Below are positions 1 to 9,134 of a DNA stretch of 64,000 nt, one piece after another; position 1 is the stretch's first letter, and every line of letters begins with the position of its first letter. The notes under the pieces were generated by a model. That model was not told the DNA's origin, did no database searches, and worked only from the letters and a program-made list of their open reading frames with translations. The translations under genes and the position numbers were made by a program. This stretch comes from Clostridia bacterium (GTDB lineage: Bacteria > Bacillota > Clostridia > JAAYHZ01): positions 86,688 to 150,687 of the forward strand of contig JBMNIH010000005.1 in NCBI GenBank assembly GCA_050950825.1, read 5' to 3'.

Positions 1-518
1 CCGGTATCGATATCGCCCGGCACTACGGCGATATATTCTTCCGGATAGAGTTTTTTGATGATGTCCTCCAAAACCTCGGAGGTTTTCAAGGACATCTCCG
101 ACGGCTTGATGACGGCACAGTTACCCGCACCGATAGCCCCGATCAAAGGAGCGATGGCAAGCTGAAAAGGATAATTCCAAGGGGATAAAATAAGCGCCGT
201 GCCGTAAGGGTCGGAGTACACGGTATTTACAGAACCGATCTGAAACCAAGATGACTTTACTCTTTTCGGTTTTGCCCAAGACCGAAGATTTTTTAAGAAA
301 AAGCGAATCTCCTCCAAGACATAGCCGATTTCGGTGGTATAGGCTTCGAAATCCGATTTATTTAAGTCTTTTTTCAAAGCATCCGTTATTTTGCTTTCGT
401 TTTCCTTGATGGATTCTTTTAAGTCTTGTAAGGCTTTTATCCGATACTCTATGTTCTTGGTCTTACCGGTTAAAAAGAAATCTTTTTGCTTTCGGACAAG
501 ATCGTGAGCATCCTTCAT
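1..518 (-). CDS. Aldehyde dehydrogenase (ALDH3-like), runs off the left edge of the window
   Basis: Hand translation from ATG at 518 (GGAGG RBS at 526-530): MKDAHDLVRKQKDFFLTGKTK...DPYGTALILSPWNYPFQLAIAPLIGAIGAGNCAVIKPSE, containing the ALDH PWNYP and KPSE motifs. Confidence 0.9.
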   Translation of the reverse strand, partial: MKDAHDLVRKQKDFFLTGKTKNIEYRIKALQDLKESIKENESKITDALKKDLNKSDFEAYTTEIGYVLEEIRFFLKNLRSWAKPKRVKSSWFQIGSVNTVYSDPYGTALILSPWNYPFQLAIAPLIGAIGAGNCAVIKPSEMSLKTSEVLEDIIKKLYPEEYIAVVPGDIDT

Positions 519-535
519 CTGCATTCCTCCTGACA

Positions 536-561
536 TAAAAAGGAGTCGCTCGTGACTCCTT
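536..561 (-). terminator. Intrinsic terminator closing the RiPP operon
   Basis: Minus strand reads AAGGAGTC-acgagc-GACTCCTT followed by a T run; lies between the peptidase stop (630) and the ALDH RBS. Confidence 0.65.
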
Positions 562-629
562 GATATTTTCCGTATTTTATCCGCTCCATAGCCGACGTAA
601 AGTTTTTCGGCGGCAACAAGCTTTCCCCT

Positions 630-1103
630 TTATTTTATCCTATGCTTCGAAAGCATGCAAATCCATTTGTAATATCGGCCTTTAAAAACTTGCTCCGTGT
701 TTTTCACAACAAGAAACCTTTTATGCATCTTTAAAGAAAGAAAGACAATCAAAATGCTTTTTAAGCCGTAGGAGACCTTCTGCTCCGTTCCGTCGTCCCT
801 GATTATTGTAACCACCCTTCCGAAGCAATCCTTCGGATCAACGCTTTCGACGGCTACGGCATGGTCGCCTTTTATATACCACATATCCTTTTTCATTCGA
901 ACGATTCGGTGGGTAAGAAGCCTTCCTTTTTGATCAAAGGCGGTCACGATATCCCCTATTCGATAGCTTTCCGCTTTTTCAAGAACCACTTGATCCCCGG
1001 AGGATATGATAGGTTCCATACTGACTCCCTTCACCGTGATGCGATTGTTGTTTTGTCTTAATTGTATTTCGGTCAGAGCTTTATACAGATTGGTTTGATC
1101 CAT
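630..1103 (-). CDS. S24/S26-family (signal-peptidase-like) serine peptidase, candidate RiPP leader peptidase
   Basis: Motifs GVSMEP (catalytic Ser), LTHRIV (His) and IKGD; no N-terminal transmembrane anchor; last gene of the PqqD/rSAM operon. Confidence 0.8.
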   Translation of the reverse strand: MDQTNLYKALTEIQLRQNNNRITVKGVSMEPIISSGDQVVLEKAESYRIGDIVTAFDQKGRLLTHRIVRMKKDMWYIKGDHAVAVESVDPKDCFGRVVTIIRDDGTEQKVSYGLKSILIVFLSLKMHKRFLVVKNTEQVFKGRYYKWICMLSKHRIK

Positions 1104-1914
1104 GGACGGTTCCTCTTAAAACCTCTTCTACATAATCCATACGGCTGTAGTTTAATTCATGCGTTCCGGCCTTTGCAAGCTCAATCAACAATTGGACGAA
1201 AGAAGGATCCGGTTTTTGGACGGTATATTGATTCTTCAAAAGCATTAAAAACCCTTCCTGTGACGAGAGCGGGCTTAAAGCTTGGATATCCTTTGTTCTT
1301 GCGATCTTGAATATTCCTGCCAATGAATACTCCGAGTTTTTATATGACGCGTATACGACCTTTCTCTTGATATCTCCGTACTCGAAAAACTCCCCTTCGA
1401 CGTCGATTCCGCAATTTGTTAAAACCTCCGCTCCGCCTTCTCTTAATTGGATCGGACGAGGAAAAGGAATGATTTTTTTATCTTTTTTACGTATAAGCGC
1501 CAAGTCGTCCGACAAATAGTCGAATCCCCGCTTGACCAAATAGGCGGTGAGGGTGGATTTTCCGGATCCCGTAGTTCCGGTTAGGATAAAGGCTTTGCCG
1601 GATAAACCGACTACGGCTCCGTGTATGGCAAGAATCTCCTCGTCTACGGTCGTGGATTCGAACAGAATGTTTTCTATGGCTTGCAAGGCATAGCCACGAG
1701 GGATTTTTATCGTGCTTCCTTGGCAAGTAAAAAGACCGATTTTTGCTTCGTAGGTAATCTCCACGGTCCGGTCTTCGGAGACAGTTTCAAGGCGCATCGG
1801 GTTTTGTATAAAGGGATTGTAGAAAGCATAGAGAATTCGGGTTAACGATTCATCGTCGGTATTCACAACAACAACGGGTTTTTGATAGGGGCGTTTGATT
1901 CGTATTTTATGCAT
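1081..1914 (-). CDS. HPr-kinase-related P-loop kinase (similar in type to lasso-peptide kinases)
   Basis: IHGAVV...ILTGTTGSGKSTL Walker A and LSDDLALI motif typical of the HprK C-terminal domain; overlaps both neighbours. Confidence 0.8.
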   Translation of the reverse strand: MHKIRIKRPYQKPVVVVNTDDESLTRILYAFYNPFIQNPMRLETVSEDRTVEITYEAKIGLFTCQGSTIKIPRGYALQAIENILFESTTVDEEILAIHGAVVGLSGKAFILTGTTGSGKSTLTAYLVKRGFDYLSDDLALIRKKDKKIIPFPRPIQLREGGAEVLTNCGIDVEGEFFEYGDIKRKVVYASYKNSEYSLAGIFKIARTKDIQALSPLSSQEGFLMLLKNQYTVQKPDPSFVQLLIELAKAGTHELNYSRMDYVEEVLRGTVHGSNQSV

Positions 1915-2938
1915 GTAGATCTTCCCTGCGCATAGTCAGTACGTTTTTTGCCACTTGTCTGGATATTTGCAGTTTTCGGAAATTGCAGTCCCCGTCATCG
2001 GCAAGATAATCCTTCGTAAGATGATATGCGGATGCGGCGCAGCCTCTTCCGCATAAGTTTTTGCTTATACATTTGTGGCATCCGTAGTCGCACTTTTGTC
2101 TTTCCGACAATAGCGATTGCAGCTCCTTCAGTTTTTCTTCCATGGAGTCGAAATCAAGCCGGTACAAGGAACCGACGGAAAATTCGGGTTCATACAAGTT
2201 TTGGCAAGGTTGAATGTCTCCGTTGGATTTAACGCAGATACTCAGCCGGTCTAAATTAATTATGGAGCAATTAAAAGTGGCGTAAGGTACGGTAGTCTTA
2301 ATCCCGTACTTTTCTTGAAGCTTCTCGATTTTTTCAATGACCTTCAGTTTTTCTTCGGGAGTCAGTTCGATTTCCCTCCAATACCGGTCCGCATGTCCCA
2401 TTTTCTCCGCAAATGCAAAGGAAGGCTTGCAATTGTTTTCAATTGCAAGCACAAAATACTCCTCAACTAAACTGAAATTAAGTCGAGAAACGGTCATTTT
2501 GATGATCGGAGAGACCTTAGGCTGAAAAGAAGACAAATTTCTCATTGTCTTCATGTAACTGCCTTTTTCCCGAACCCTTGCGTTAGTTTCGTCATCGATA
2601 CCGTCAATACTGAACTGTACGGAGAAACGATCATCCGTTTCCAGTAGACGATAAAAACGGTCGCATCGTACGGTGCCGTTTGTCACCACGAAGAAAGACA
2701 ATTCTTTGTGCTTTTCCATCACATCCAGAACCTGTCCCCACTGTCGGTGCAGCAACGGTTCGCCTCCGGAAATGTCAAAGATGGATAATCCGTATCTTTG
2801 ATGAAAAGCAACAAGAAACTTTTCAAGCTCATCGGCCGGAATTTCCTGCAGTTCCCTTTTTGAGCCGGATGCGTTGTAGCAATGTCGGCAATTCAGATTG
2901 CACCTATTCGTAATTTCCACATAGCAAGACCGTATCAT
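1907..2938 (-). CDS. Radical SAM/SPASM peptide maturase
   Basis: CNLNCRHC (CxxxCxxC), SGGEPLLH and a C-terminal SPASM motif (GDIQPC...CHKCISKNLCGRGC...DC). Confidence 0.93.
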   Translation of the reverse strand: MIRSCYVEITNRCNLNCRHCYNASGSKRELQEIPADELEKFLVAFHQRYGLSIFDISGGEPLLHRQWGQVLDVMEKHKELSFFVVTNGTVRCDRFYRLLETDDRFSVQFSIDGIDDETNARVREKGSYMKTMRNLSSFQPKVSPIIKMTVSRLNFSLVEEYFVLAIENNCKPSFAFAEKMGHADRYWREIELTPEEKLKVIEKIEKLQEKYGIKTTVPYATFNCSIINLDRLSICVKSNGDIQPCQNLYEPEFSVGSLYRLDFDSMEEKLKELQSLLSERQKCDYGCHKCISKNLCGRGCAASAYHLTKDYLADDGDCNFRKLQISRQVAKNVLTMRREDLHA

Positions 2939-3219
2939 CCGACTGTTTCTTTCTCCGCTTTTTTCAGTAAACCGTTCTCTACAAACCGGTTTACCAATTC
3001 CTTAATGTCATTTTGAATAACGCTGCGTTCACCTTCGTACTTTTCAAGCAGCATGTCCGTAGCTTCTTCAAGATCCCTTTCGGTCTCAAAGCAGTTCAAG
3101 ACATCCAAAGCTATACCGTCTAACACCAGGGTATTCCCCGTGCTGCCGTCAAAGTATACACAGCCTTCTCCGTCGTCTAAGGGCATTTCCTCATAGACGA
3201 TGCTCTTTATGAACCTCAT
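2935..3219 (-). CDS. PqqD-family RiPP recognition element (RRE)
   Basis: 94 aa; VYFDGSTGNTLVLDGIALDVL...LLEKYE...IQNDIKELVNRFVENGLL matches the PqqD/RRE pattern; ATGA overlaps with both neighbours. Confidence 0.88.
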   Translation of the reverse strand: MRFIKSIVYEEMPLDDGEGCVYFDGSTGNTLVLDGIALDVLNCFETERDLEEATDMLLEKYEGERSVIQNDIKELVNRFVENGLLKKAEKETVG

Positions 3220-3365
3220 AGAGCCATCCTACCTATGCGTATGAGATCACAAGCAACTCCATAGGTTGAGCATGCTCCGGAAACCACAACCTTATTGAGC
3301 TCATCCAACGTGATGACCTCCATTGTCGGTTTCTGCCACTGCTTCTTGATCGTTTCTTGTTTCAT
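3216..3365 (-). CDS. Putative RiPP precursor peptide, 49 aa: MKQETIKKQWQKPTMEVITLDELNKVVVSGACSTYGVACDLIRIGRMAL
   Basis: Not in the ORF track; hand-translated. AGGAGG RBS about 8 nt upstream of the ATG; its TGA overlaps the PqqD ATG; WxxP leader motif; two Cys in the C-terminal half. Confidence 0.88.
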   Translation of the reverse strand: MKQETIKKQWQKPTMEVITLDELNKVVVSGACSTYGVACDLIRIGRMAL

Positions 3366-3387
3366 TGTTCAATCCTCCTATCGATTA

Positions 3388-4449
3388 TTAGTGTATAATC
3401 TTTTTCAGTTGTCTTAAGGCAATATTGATTGAATCCGGTCGGATCTTGTAATAGGAGCGCTTGCCTTCGTTTCTTCTTTCCACCAATCCCGATTGGTACA
3501 AAATATCCAAATGGTGGGACAGGGAGGATAAGGGTAATCCCAATCGCTCCGCGATTTCACTGGCAAACAATTCCCCGTCTTTAATGGTTTTGATGATGCT
3601 TATTCGTGTTTCATCGGTAAAGGCTTTGAAGAACGTAATTTCATCCTCGTGAATATCCTGTACGACCTGCAAGCCTCTATCGTAATCAAATCCTAAATAT
3701 ACATTCAAAGTCCGTCTATACATTCGATATTGTATGGTATAGGGTATGAAAAATCCTACGGCAAGTCGAACCGTTGTAAATCGGCCTGATTTTACAAGGC
3801 TTGCATAGTTATCGGACATCTTCATAAGCCGGCTGTCGCCGTAGGCTTCAAATCTTTTTCCGACGGTTTCATAATATTCATCGATCAATTTTCGGTGGTT
3901 ATCGTACTCGATTTCCAACTCTCTTGCAAAGTCCGTCAATGATTTGACTATTTTTCGCTTCGTTCCTTCAGGGGATTCGATCAACGATAGCATGTTCCAT
4001 TTCAGGTCCGCATCCAAATTGATGCCGTCCAAAAACACCATTAACAGTTTCTTGTTTTCTAATAGGAATTGATAAAAGGAGTCGGGAAAATGATTCTTCG
4101 AATCATAAAAATCCAATAATTTTATTTGCAATTCATCGGTGTCGATATCGTTAAAAGCATTGATTAACTCCTCAATGGATTCACCGTTCACCAACGATTC
4201 CGCCATTAAATTAGGAAAAAAGGTCATTCCGTTATCACATGTGTGAAAAAAAAGGCGAATCAAAGGAAGGTCATTTTTTATGTATTCTCGTAAACGAGAA
4301 TACGCGGTTTTAACATTTCGCGGCACAGAGAGGTCATAATCGGTATAGATTTCATCAAGATTTTTGCACCGCGTTAACAGATTAAGAAGAGCAGTAAAAT
4401 CATAAATTTTACCCTTCTCCGGCTCGTACAAGTATGTTATGTCATTCAT
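3388..4449 (-). CDS. ArsR/SmtB-family transcriptional regulator with a large N-terminal domain
   Basis: C-terminal FKAFTDETRISII...ASEIAERLGLPLSSLSHHLDILYQSGLV winged HTH; ends 22 bp before the precursor start. Confidence 0.85.
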   Translation of the reverse strand: MNDITYLYEPEKGKIYDFTALLNLLTRCKNLDEIYTDYDLSVPRNVKTAYSRLREYIKNDLPLIRLFFHTCDNGMTFFPNLMAESLVNGESIEELINAFNDIDTDELQIKLLDFYDSKNHFPDSFYQFLLENKKLLMVFLDGINLDADLKWNMLSLIESPEGTKRKIVKSLTDFARELEIEYDNHRKLIDEYYETVGKRFEAYGDSRLMKMSDNYASLVKSGRFTTVRLAVGFFIPYTIQYRMYRRTLNVYLGFDYDRGLQVVQDIHEDEITFFKAFTDETRISIIKTIKDGELFASEIAERLGLPLSSLSHHLDILYQSGLVERRNEGKRSYYKIRPDSINIALRQLKKIIH

Positions 4450-4834
4450 TATATTACCTCAAAAATATTATCAATGATAATGGAAAACACGAACCAAAAC
4501 AGTTCGATCGGTTATCTGTCGTAATTTTTTCGTATAATTTTATATTTTTCTTTAGTAACGACCGATAAATTCATTAATATCGCCTAAATTGGTTGATATC
4601 CCCTAAAAATCTTCCTTTATTTTACCTCACATCGAAATTAATTATATCATTCCTTTGTTTAAATTCAATCACTTTATTACTAAAATCTTGATTTTTAGCA
4701 CAAATTTATTTTTAAAAATGTTAAATTTCTGCCTTCAAGCCTTATATATCCCCGTTACCACTACAGTTCCGAAGGGTTTTATGGTAAGATGGAAAAAATA
4801 ATTTCAACATCAAAGAACAGCGGAGATACCATAC

Positions 4835-5524
4835 ATGATCATGTACAAATACGAAACCCATGCTCACACATCGGAAATCAGCCTGTGCGGAAAAATCAGC
4901 GCCGCGGATTTGGTCAGGTTCTATAAACAACAAGGATACAAAGGCATATTCATAACCGACCATTTCATAACCGGCAACACAACGGTACCGAAGGATTTGC
5001 CTTGGAAAACACGCATCGATATGTACTGCAAGGGCTTTGAAAACGCATATGCGGAGGGAAAGCGTATCGGGATTGACGTCTTTTTCGGTTGGGAACACTC
5101 ATTTCAAGGAACGGACTTTTTGACCTACGGTTTGGACAAAGAATGGCTTTACGAACATCCGGAGCTGGAGGCAGCGGACCTGAATACATACAGCGACATT
5201 GTAAGGGCTAGCGGCGGTTTTGTGGTTCATGCCCATCCCTTTCGCGAAGCCGGCTATATCAGTATGATCCGTCTGCTTCCCCGTAAGGTGGATGCGGTGG
5301 AAACGGACAATTCATGCCGAACGGATTTTGAAAACTTTTTGGCCAATCAGTATGCCGAAAATTACGGCCTTTTGAAATTCGCCGGGTCCGATAACCACAG
5401 AGGGCCTCTTCCTCGCCTTGCGGGAATACAGGTGGCCGAGCCTTTAAAAACGGAAACGGATCCGGTTGATGCCATAAAATCCGGGAAATTTGAAATGTTC
5501 TCGCTTATCAACGACGGAAAATGA
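4835..5524 (+). CDS. PHP-domain phosphoesterase
   Basis: ETHAHT, ITDH, HAHP and GSDNH metal-binding motifs. Confidence 0.85.
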   Translation: MIMYKYETHAHTSEISLCGKISAADLVRFYKQQGYKGIFITDHFITGNTTVPKDLPWKTRIDMYCKGFENAYAEGKRIGIDVFFGWEHSFQGTDFLTYGLDKEWLYEHPELEAADLNTYSDIVRASGGFVVHAHPFREAGYISMIRLLPRKVDAVETDNSCRTDFENFLANQYAENYGLLKFAGSDNHRGPLPRLAGIQVAEPLKTETDPVDAIKSGKFEMFSLINDGK

Positions 5525-5657
5525 CATTCAATATTCCATAGAAACTATGGTGTATAGAAGAAAAAGTTGAATCATCATTCGGGGAATGCTAGAATGAAAC
5601 AAAGAAGCTTTGAAGCTTTTGGCTAGGCCAATAGGATAAATAAAAGGAGTTGATTGT

Positions 5658-6482
5658 ATGCCATTACCGGTAGCGCTGCAAATGTATTCGGTAAGAGACG
5701 AATTAAGTAAAGATTACAAAGCCACGTTAGAAAAAGTCAAGGCCATGGGCTACGACTATGTGGAATTAGCCGGGTTCGGAGGAAAAAGCGTCGATGAAAT
5801 AAAGAAACTGTACCAAGATGCCGGACTATGCATCATATCCGCCCATGTAGCTATTTCGGAACTGTTAGAGGACACGAAGAAAACCTTGTCGGAATATGCC
5901 TCTTTAGGCTGCTCCTATATCGCCATTCCTTGGCTGGAAGAAGAAAGACGTCCGGGGCATAAGGGATTTGAACCGACCATTCAAGACATTTTAAACATCG
6001 GAAGAATCGCAAAGGAAATGGGAATGAGCCTGCTTTATCACAACCACGATTTTGAGTTTGTCACAATCGACGGAAAATACGCTTTGGACATTCTGTACGA
6101 AACGATACCGGCGGATATCTTACAGTCCGAAATCGATACCTGTTGGGTTCATTTTGCCGGCGTCAATCCCGTGGAATATTTGAAAAAATTCAAAGGACGT
6201 GCACCCGTTGTACACTTGAAAGATTTCACCGCCGACGACACATCCTCTTCCGACACTCCCTACGACCTCATCATGAGCAATGCGCCGAAAAAGACAAGAG
6301 AGGAATCCCACTTTAAATTCCAACCTTTAGGCTACGGAAAACAAGACATTCCTTCTTTATTGGAAGCTTGCGAATACGTAGGAGCCAAATACGTTATCGT
6401 GGAACAAGACGTTTCAACCGATCGAACCGGTTTGGAGGATGCGGAAATCAGCCGTAACACATTGAAAAAATACGGATGGTAA
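5658..6482 (+). CDS. Sugar phosphate isomerase/epimerase (xylose-isomerase-like TIM barrel)
   Basis: LQMYSVRD, YHNHDFEF, EIDTCW, VHLKD and VEQD motifs. Confidence 0.88.
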   Translation: MPLPVALQMYSVRDELSKDYKATLEKVKAMGYDYVELAGFGGKSVDEIKKLYQDAGLCIISAHVAISELLEDTKKTLSEYASLGCSYIAIPWLEEERRPGHKGFEPTIQDILNIGRIAKEMGMSLLYHNHDFEFVTIDGKYALDILYETIPADILQSEIDTCWVHFAGVNPVEYLKKFKGRAPVVHLKDFTADDTSSSDTPYDLIMSNAPKKTREESHFKFQPLGYGKQDIPSLLEACEYVGAKYVIVEQDVSTDRTGLEDAEISRNTLKKYGW

Positions 6483-6540
6483 AATAGAAGGATATATTAA
6501 AAGGGGTAAGATGTCCGATTCATTTTTTAAATCGGACACC

Positions 6541-7113
6541 TTACCCCATTTCTATAAGGTCGCCTTCCATGGCTTCCGCCTCTTTTTTATCGTGAGTCAC
6601 CATAATCACGGTTTTTCCTTTTGTATACTCTTTGATGTATTCCATAACCGAAATCTTCGTATCCTTATCCAATCCTTTAAAAGGCTCGTCAAGAAAAAGG
6701 ATGTCACGGTCCGCCAAAACGGCGCGGACAATGGACACTCTCCGCCTCATACCGCCGCTTAACCGGTTCACCGGTTTATTCATGCTGTCTCCCAAACCGA
6801 TTCGATTTAAATGCTCTTTAATCGTTTCGATTTTTACGTTTTTGCCGCAAACAATACGTACGTTGGATATGGCGCCGAAGGTTTCGCATAAGCGTTCTTC
6901 TTGAAAAACGGCGCTCTTTCTTTCAGGGATGCCCGTAATATTCCCTTCGTCGGGAGTCAATAAGCCCGCCATAATATTAAGCAGAGTCGTTTTCCCGCAT
7001 CCGGAGGGTCCCATAATGCAAGTGACTTTGCCTTTTTTAATGACGGCGGAAAAATTCGTCAGTACTTTTTTGTCGCCGAAGCTTTTGGAGATATTGTCGA
7101 GCCGTATATCCAT
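6541..7113 (-). CDS. NitT/TauT-type ABC transporter ATP-binding protein
   Basis: GPSGCGKT, LSGGM and LDEPF; probable start is MDIRLDN at 7113, overlapping the permease stop. Confidence 0.88.
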   Translation of the reverse strand: MDIRLDNISKSFGDKKVLTNFSAVIKKGKVTCIMGPSGCGKTTLLNIMAGLLTPDEGNITGIPERKSAVFQEERLCETFGAISNVRIVCGKNVKIETIKEHLNRIGLGDSMNKPVNRLSGGMRRRVSIVRAVLADRDILFLDEPFKGLDKDTKISVMEYIKEYTKGKTVIMVTHDKKEAEAMEGDLIEMG

Positions 7114-7931
7114 CAATATGTCTCCCTTAGGTTCAAAAGATATGCCAATGTCTTTACAAAAATCTTTTCCGCTAGGATGCTTAAGGCGATAATCACCAAG
7201 GTCCAAGCGAAAAGATCTCCCGTACTGAAATACACCTTCGCTTCGTAAAGCCTCTCTCCGATTGAGCCCGTAGGAATACCGATTACCTCGGCGGCGACGC
7301 CGGCCTTCCAGGAAAGCCCGATGGACACGGTGCAAGCGGAGAGAATGTAGGGCGTAAGGTGCGGTATATATATGTACCGCAGTCTTCTCCACCATCCGAT
7401 ATTAAACAAGTCGGCCATTTCCAAAAGCTGTTTGTCCGTGCTTCGTATCCCCAAAAGTACATTGGTATATACAATGGGCAGCACCATCAGAAAGGAAATG
7501 AATACGGATAGATTCCTGGAATTCAACCAAATAAGGCAAAGAATGATGAAAGAAGCCACAGGCGTAGCTTTTATGGCCGCCATGTAAGGGCGAAGCAAGA
7601 TATCGGCAATACGAAATCGGCCGGCGATGACGGCCAGCAAGGTGCCGATGAAAGACCCGATTAAAAAGCCGGATAGAATTCGGGATACGGAAAAAGCAAC
7701 GGAACGCCAAAAATCCCCTGTCGGAATCATGCGGAATAACCGCTCCAAAACGACAAAGGGCGTTACCAAAAGCAGCCGGTTGTTTATGGCCATGGCAAGA
7801 AGCTGCCATAAAAGGAGGGCGGCTAAAACAGCCGCCGCTTTTTCCAACCTCTTTTTATTTCGATTGATAATAGAAATCAGCCTCCGGAAGCTTTCCTCCC
7901 ACGGCTTTCGGGTTTTGTGTGAAGAGCACAT
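7113..7931 (-). CDS. NitT/TauT-type ABC transporter permease (true start probably downstream of 7931)
   Basis: Hydrophobic helices, EAA-like loop LLEMADLFN, WKAGVAAEV. Confidence 0.85.
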   Translation of the reverse strand: MCSSHKTRKPWEESFRRLISIINRNKKRLEKAAAVLAALLLWQLLAMAINNRLLLVTPFVVLERLFRMIPTGDFWRSVAFSVSRILSGFLIGSFIGTLLAVIAGRFRIADILLRPYMAAIKATPVASFIILCLIWLNSRNLSVFISFLMVLPIVYTNVLLGIRSTDKQLLEMADLFNIGWWRRLRYIYIPHLTPYILSACTVSIGLSWKAGVAAEVIGIPTGSIGERLYEAKVYFSTGDLFAWTLVIIALSILAEKIFVKTLAYLLNLRETY

Positions 7932-8832
7932 TCAAATATCCCTCCAAGACGGTCTTCATTTCATCCCCGTCTATATATGTGATATTGCAGTACGGAATCG
8001 CTTTTTCCGCTACCTTCGCCGCAACGATACCGAATTGCTCCGATAACTCGGCGGTCTTCGCGACATCGTCATTGGCTTTTTCCGTGGACGTTTTGTATTC
8101 TTTCAAAAACGCGGCAATTTGATCAGGATACTGTTCCGCAAATTCGCTTCTTACCACCAACACACCGGTAACCGATAAGCTTCCCGTTTTCAGATCCTCC
8201 CACGCCTTGTTCAAATCCAGCGCCATCCGCAGTCCTTCCACTTGGGTTTGGGCAACCGTTACGTAAGGTTGGGGAAGCATCGCCACTCCGGTTGCCGATT
8301 GGGAAAGAAGAGCCACGATTTCGGTAGGCTCGGATTTCCATTCCAGGGTTACGTCGTTGTCCGGATCGATTCCGTTTTCTTTAAGCAAGTAGCGTAGGTT
8401 GTATTCCGGAACGGAACCTTTGCCGCTGGCGTAAATGGTCTTGCCCTTCAAATCGGCGAAGGATTTCACAGAATCTCCTTTTTCCACAATGTACAAAACG
8501 CCTAAGGTGTTAATAGCCAAAATTTTGATCTTTCCTTCGGTGTTGTTGTATAGAACCGAGGCCAAGTTGGCCGGTACGGCGGCAATGTCCAGTTCTCCTT
8601 GCAAAAGCTTCGGAGTCACTTCATCCGCGGAACCGTACACCGTAAGTTCATATTTATTCTTCGTTTCTCCTTTATCGGAAGAATCGATTAAATTCACCAA
8701 GCCGATGGATGTAGGGCCCTTTAATCCCCCTATGCGAATATCAACGCCTTCAACGGACTCGTCTTTTTTACATGCCGTTAAAAACGATAAAACCAGCGTT
8801 AAAACTGTGAGCAAGCAAATAATCTTTTTCAA
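7855..8832 (-). CDS. NitT/TauT-type ABC transporter substrate-binding lipoprotein
   Basis: Lipobox LTAC; LKGPTSIGL and LPQPY; operon with the permease and ATPase. Confidence 0.85.
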   Translation of the reverse strand: MKKIICLLTVLTLVLSFLTACKKDESVEGVDIRIGGLKGPTSIGLVNLIDSSDKGETKNKYELTVYGSADEVTPKLLQGELDIAAVPANLASVLYNNTEGKIKILAINTLGVLYIVEKGDSVKSFADLKGKTIYASGKGSVPEYNLRYLLKENGIDPDNDVTLEWKSEPTEIVALLSQSATGVAMLPQPYVTVAQTQVEGLRMALDLNKAWEDLKTGSLSVTGVLVVRSEFAEQYPDQIAAFLKEYKTSTEKANDDVAKTAELSEQFGIVAAKVAEKAIPYCNITYIDGDEMKTVLEGYLNVLFTQNPKAVGGKLPEADFYYQSK

Positions 8833-9019
8833 CTGTATTCCCTTCTTTCTGTTAACAATTTATCAATCAAGTATTCTTTGCCTGCTATTATATAACCACA
8901 CGACATGGAAAGCAAGTTTACATTATTGATTATCCGTCCGGCGAAACGGAGTAAAAAAATAGTTTAGAAGTGACGAAAAGGCTTTTTATGCTTAAACATA
9001 TATTTTCATTGATCCGACT

Positions 9020-9066
9020 AAAAAGCAAATGGAAGAACGCATTGTCGGCTCTTCCATTTGCTTTTT
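9020..9066. terminator. Long-stem intrinsic terminator, potentially bidirectional
   Basis: AAAAAGCAAATGGAAGA...TCTTCCATTTGCTTTTT perfect inverted repeat. Confidence 0.8.
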
Positions 9067-9134
9067 CAATGATTTTTCAATATTAAAACTTTCCGACTCT
9101 TACCTTTTCGTTGTTGTCCTCATTGCAAGGTTTA

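Noticed and set aside
560-630. Riboswitch ahead of the aldehyde dehydrogenase
   Set aside because: A terminator hairpin sits just before the RBS, but I recognise no aptamer consensus; it is more simply the terminator of the upstream operon.
630-3365. Classical lasso peptide or PQQ biosynthesis cluster
   Set aside because: No Asn-synthetase-like cyclase or B2 transglutaminase protease, no PqqB/PqqC, and the precursor has no ExxxY PqqA motif.
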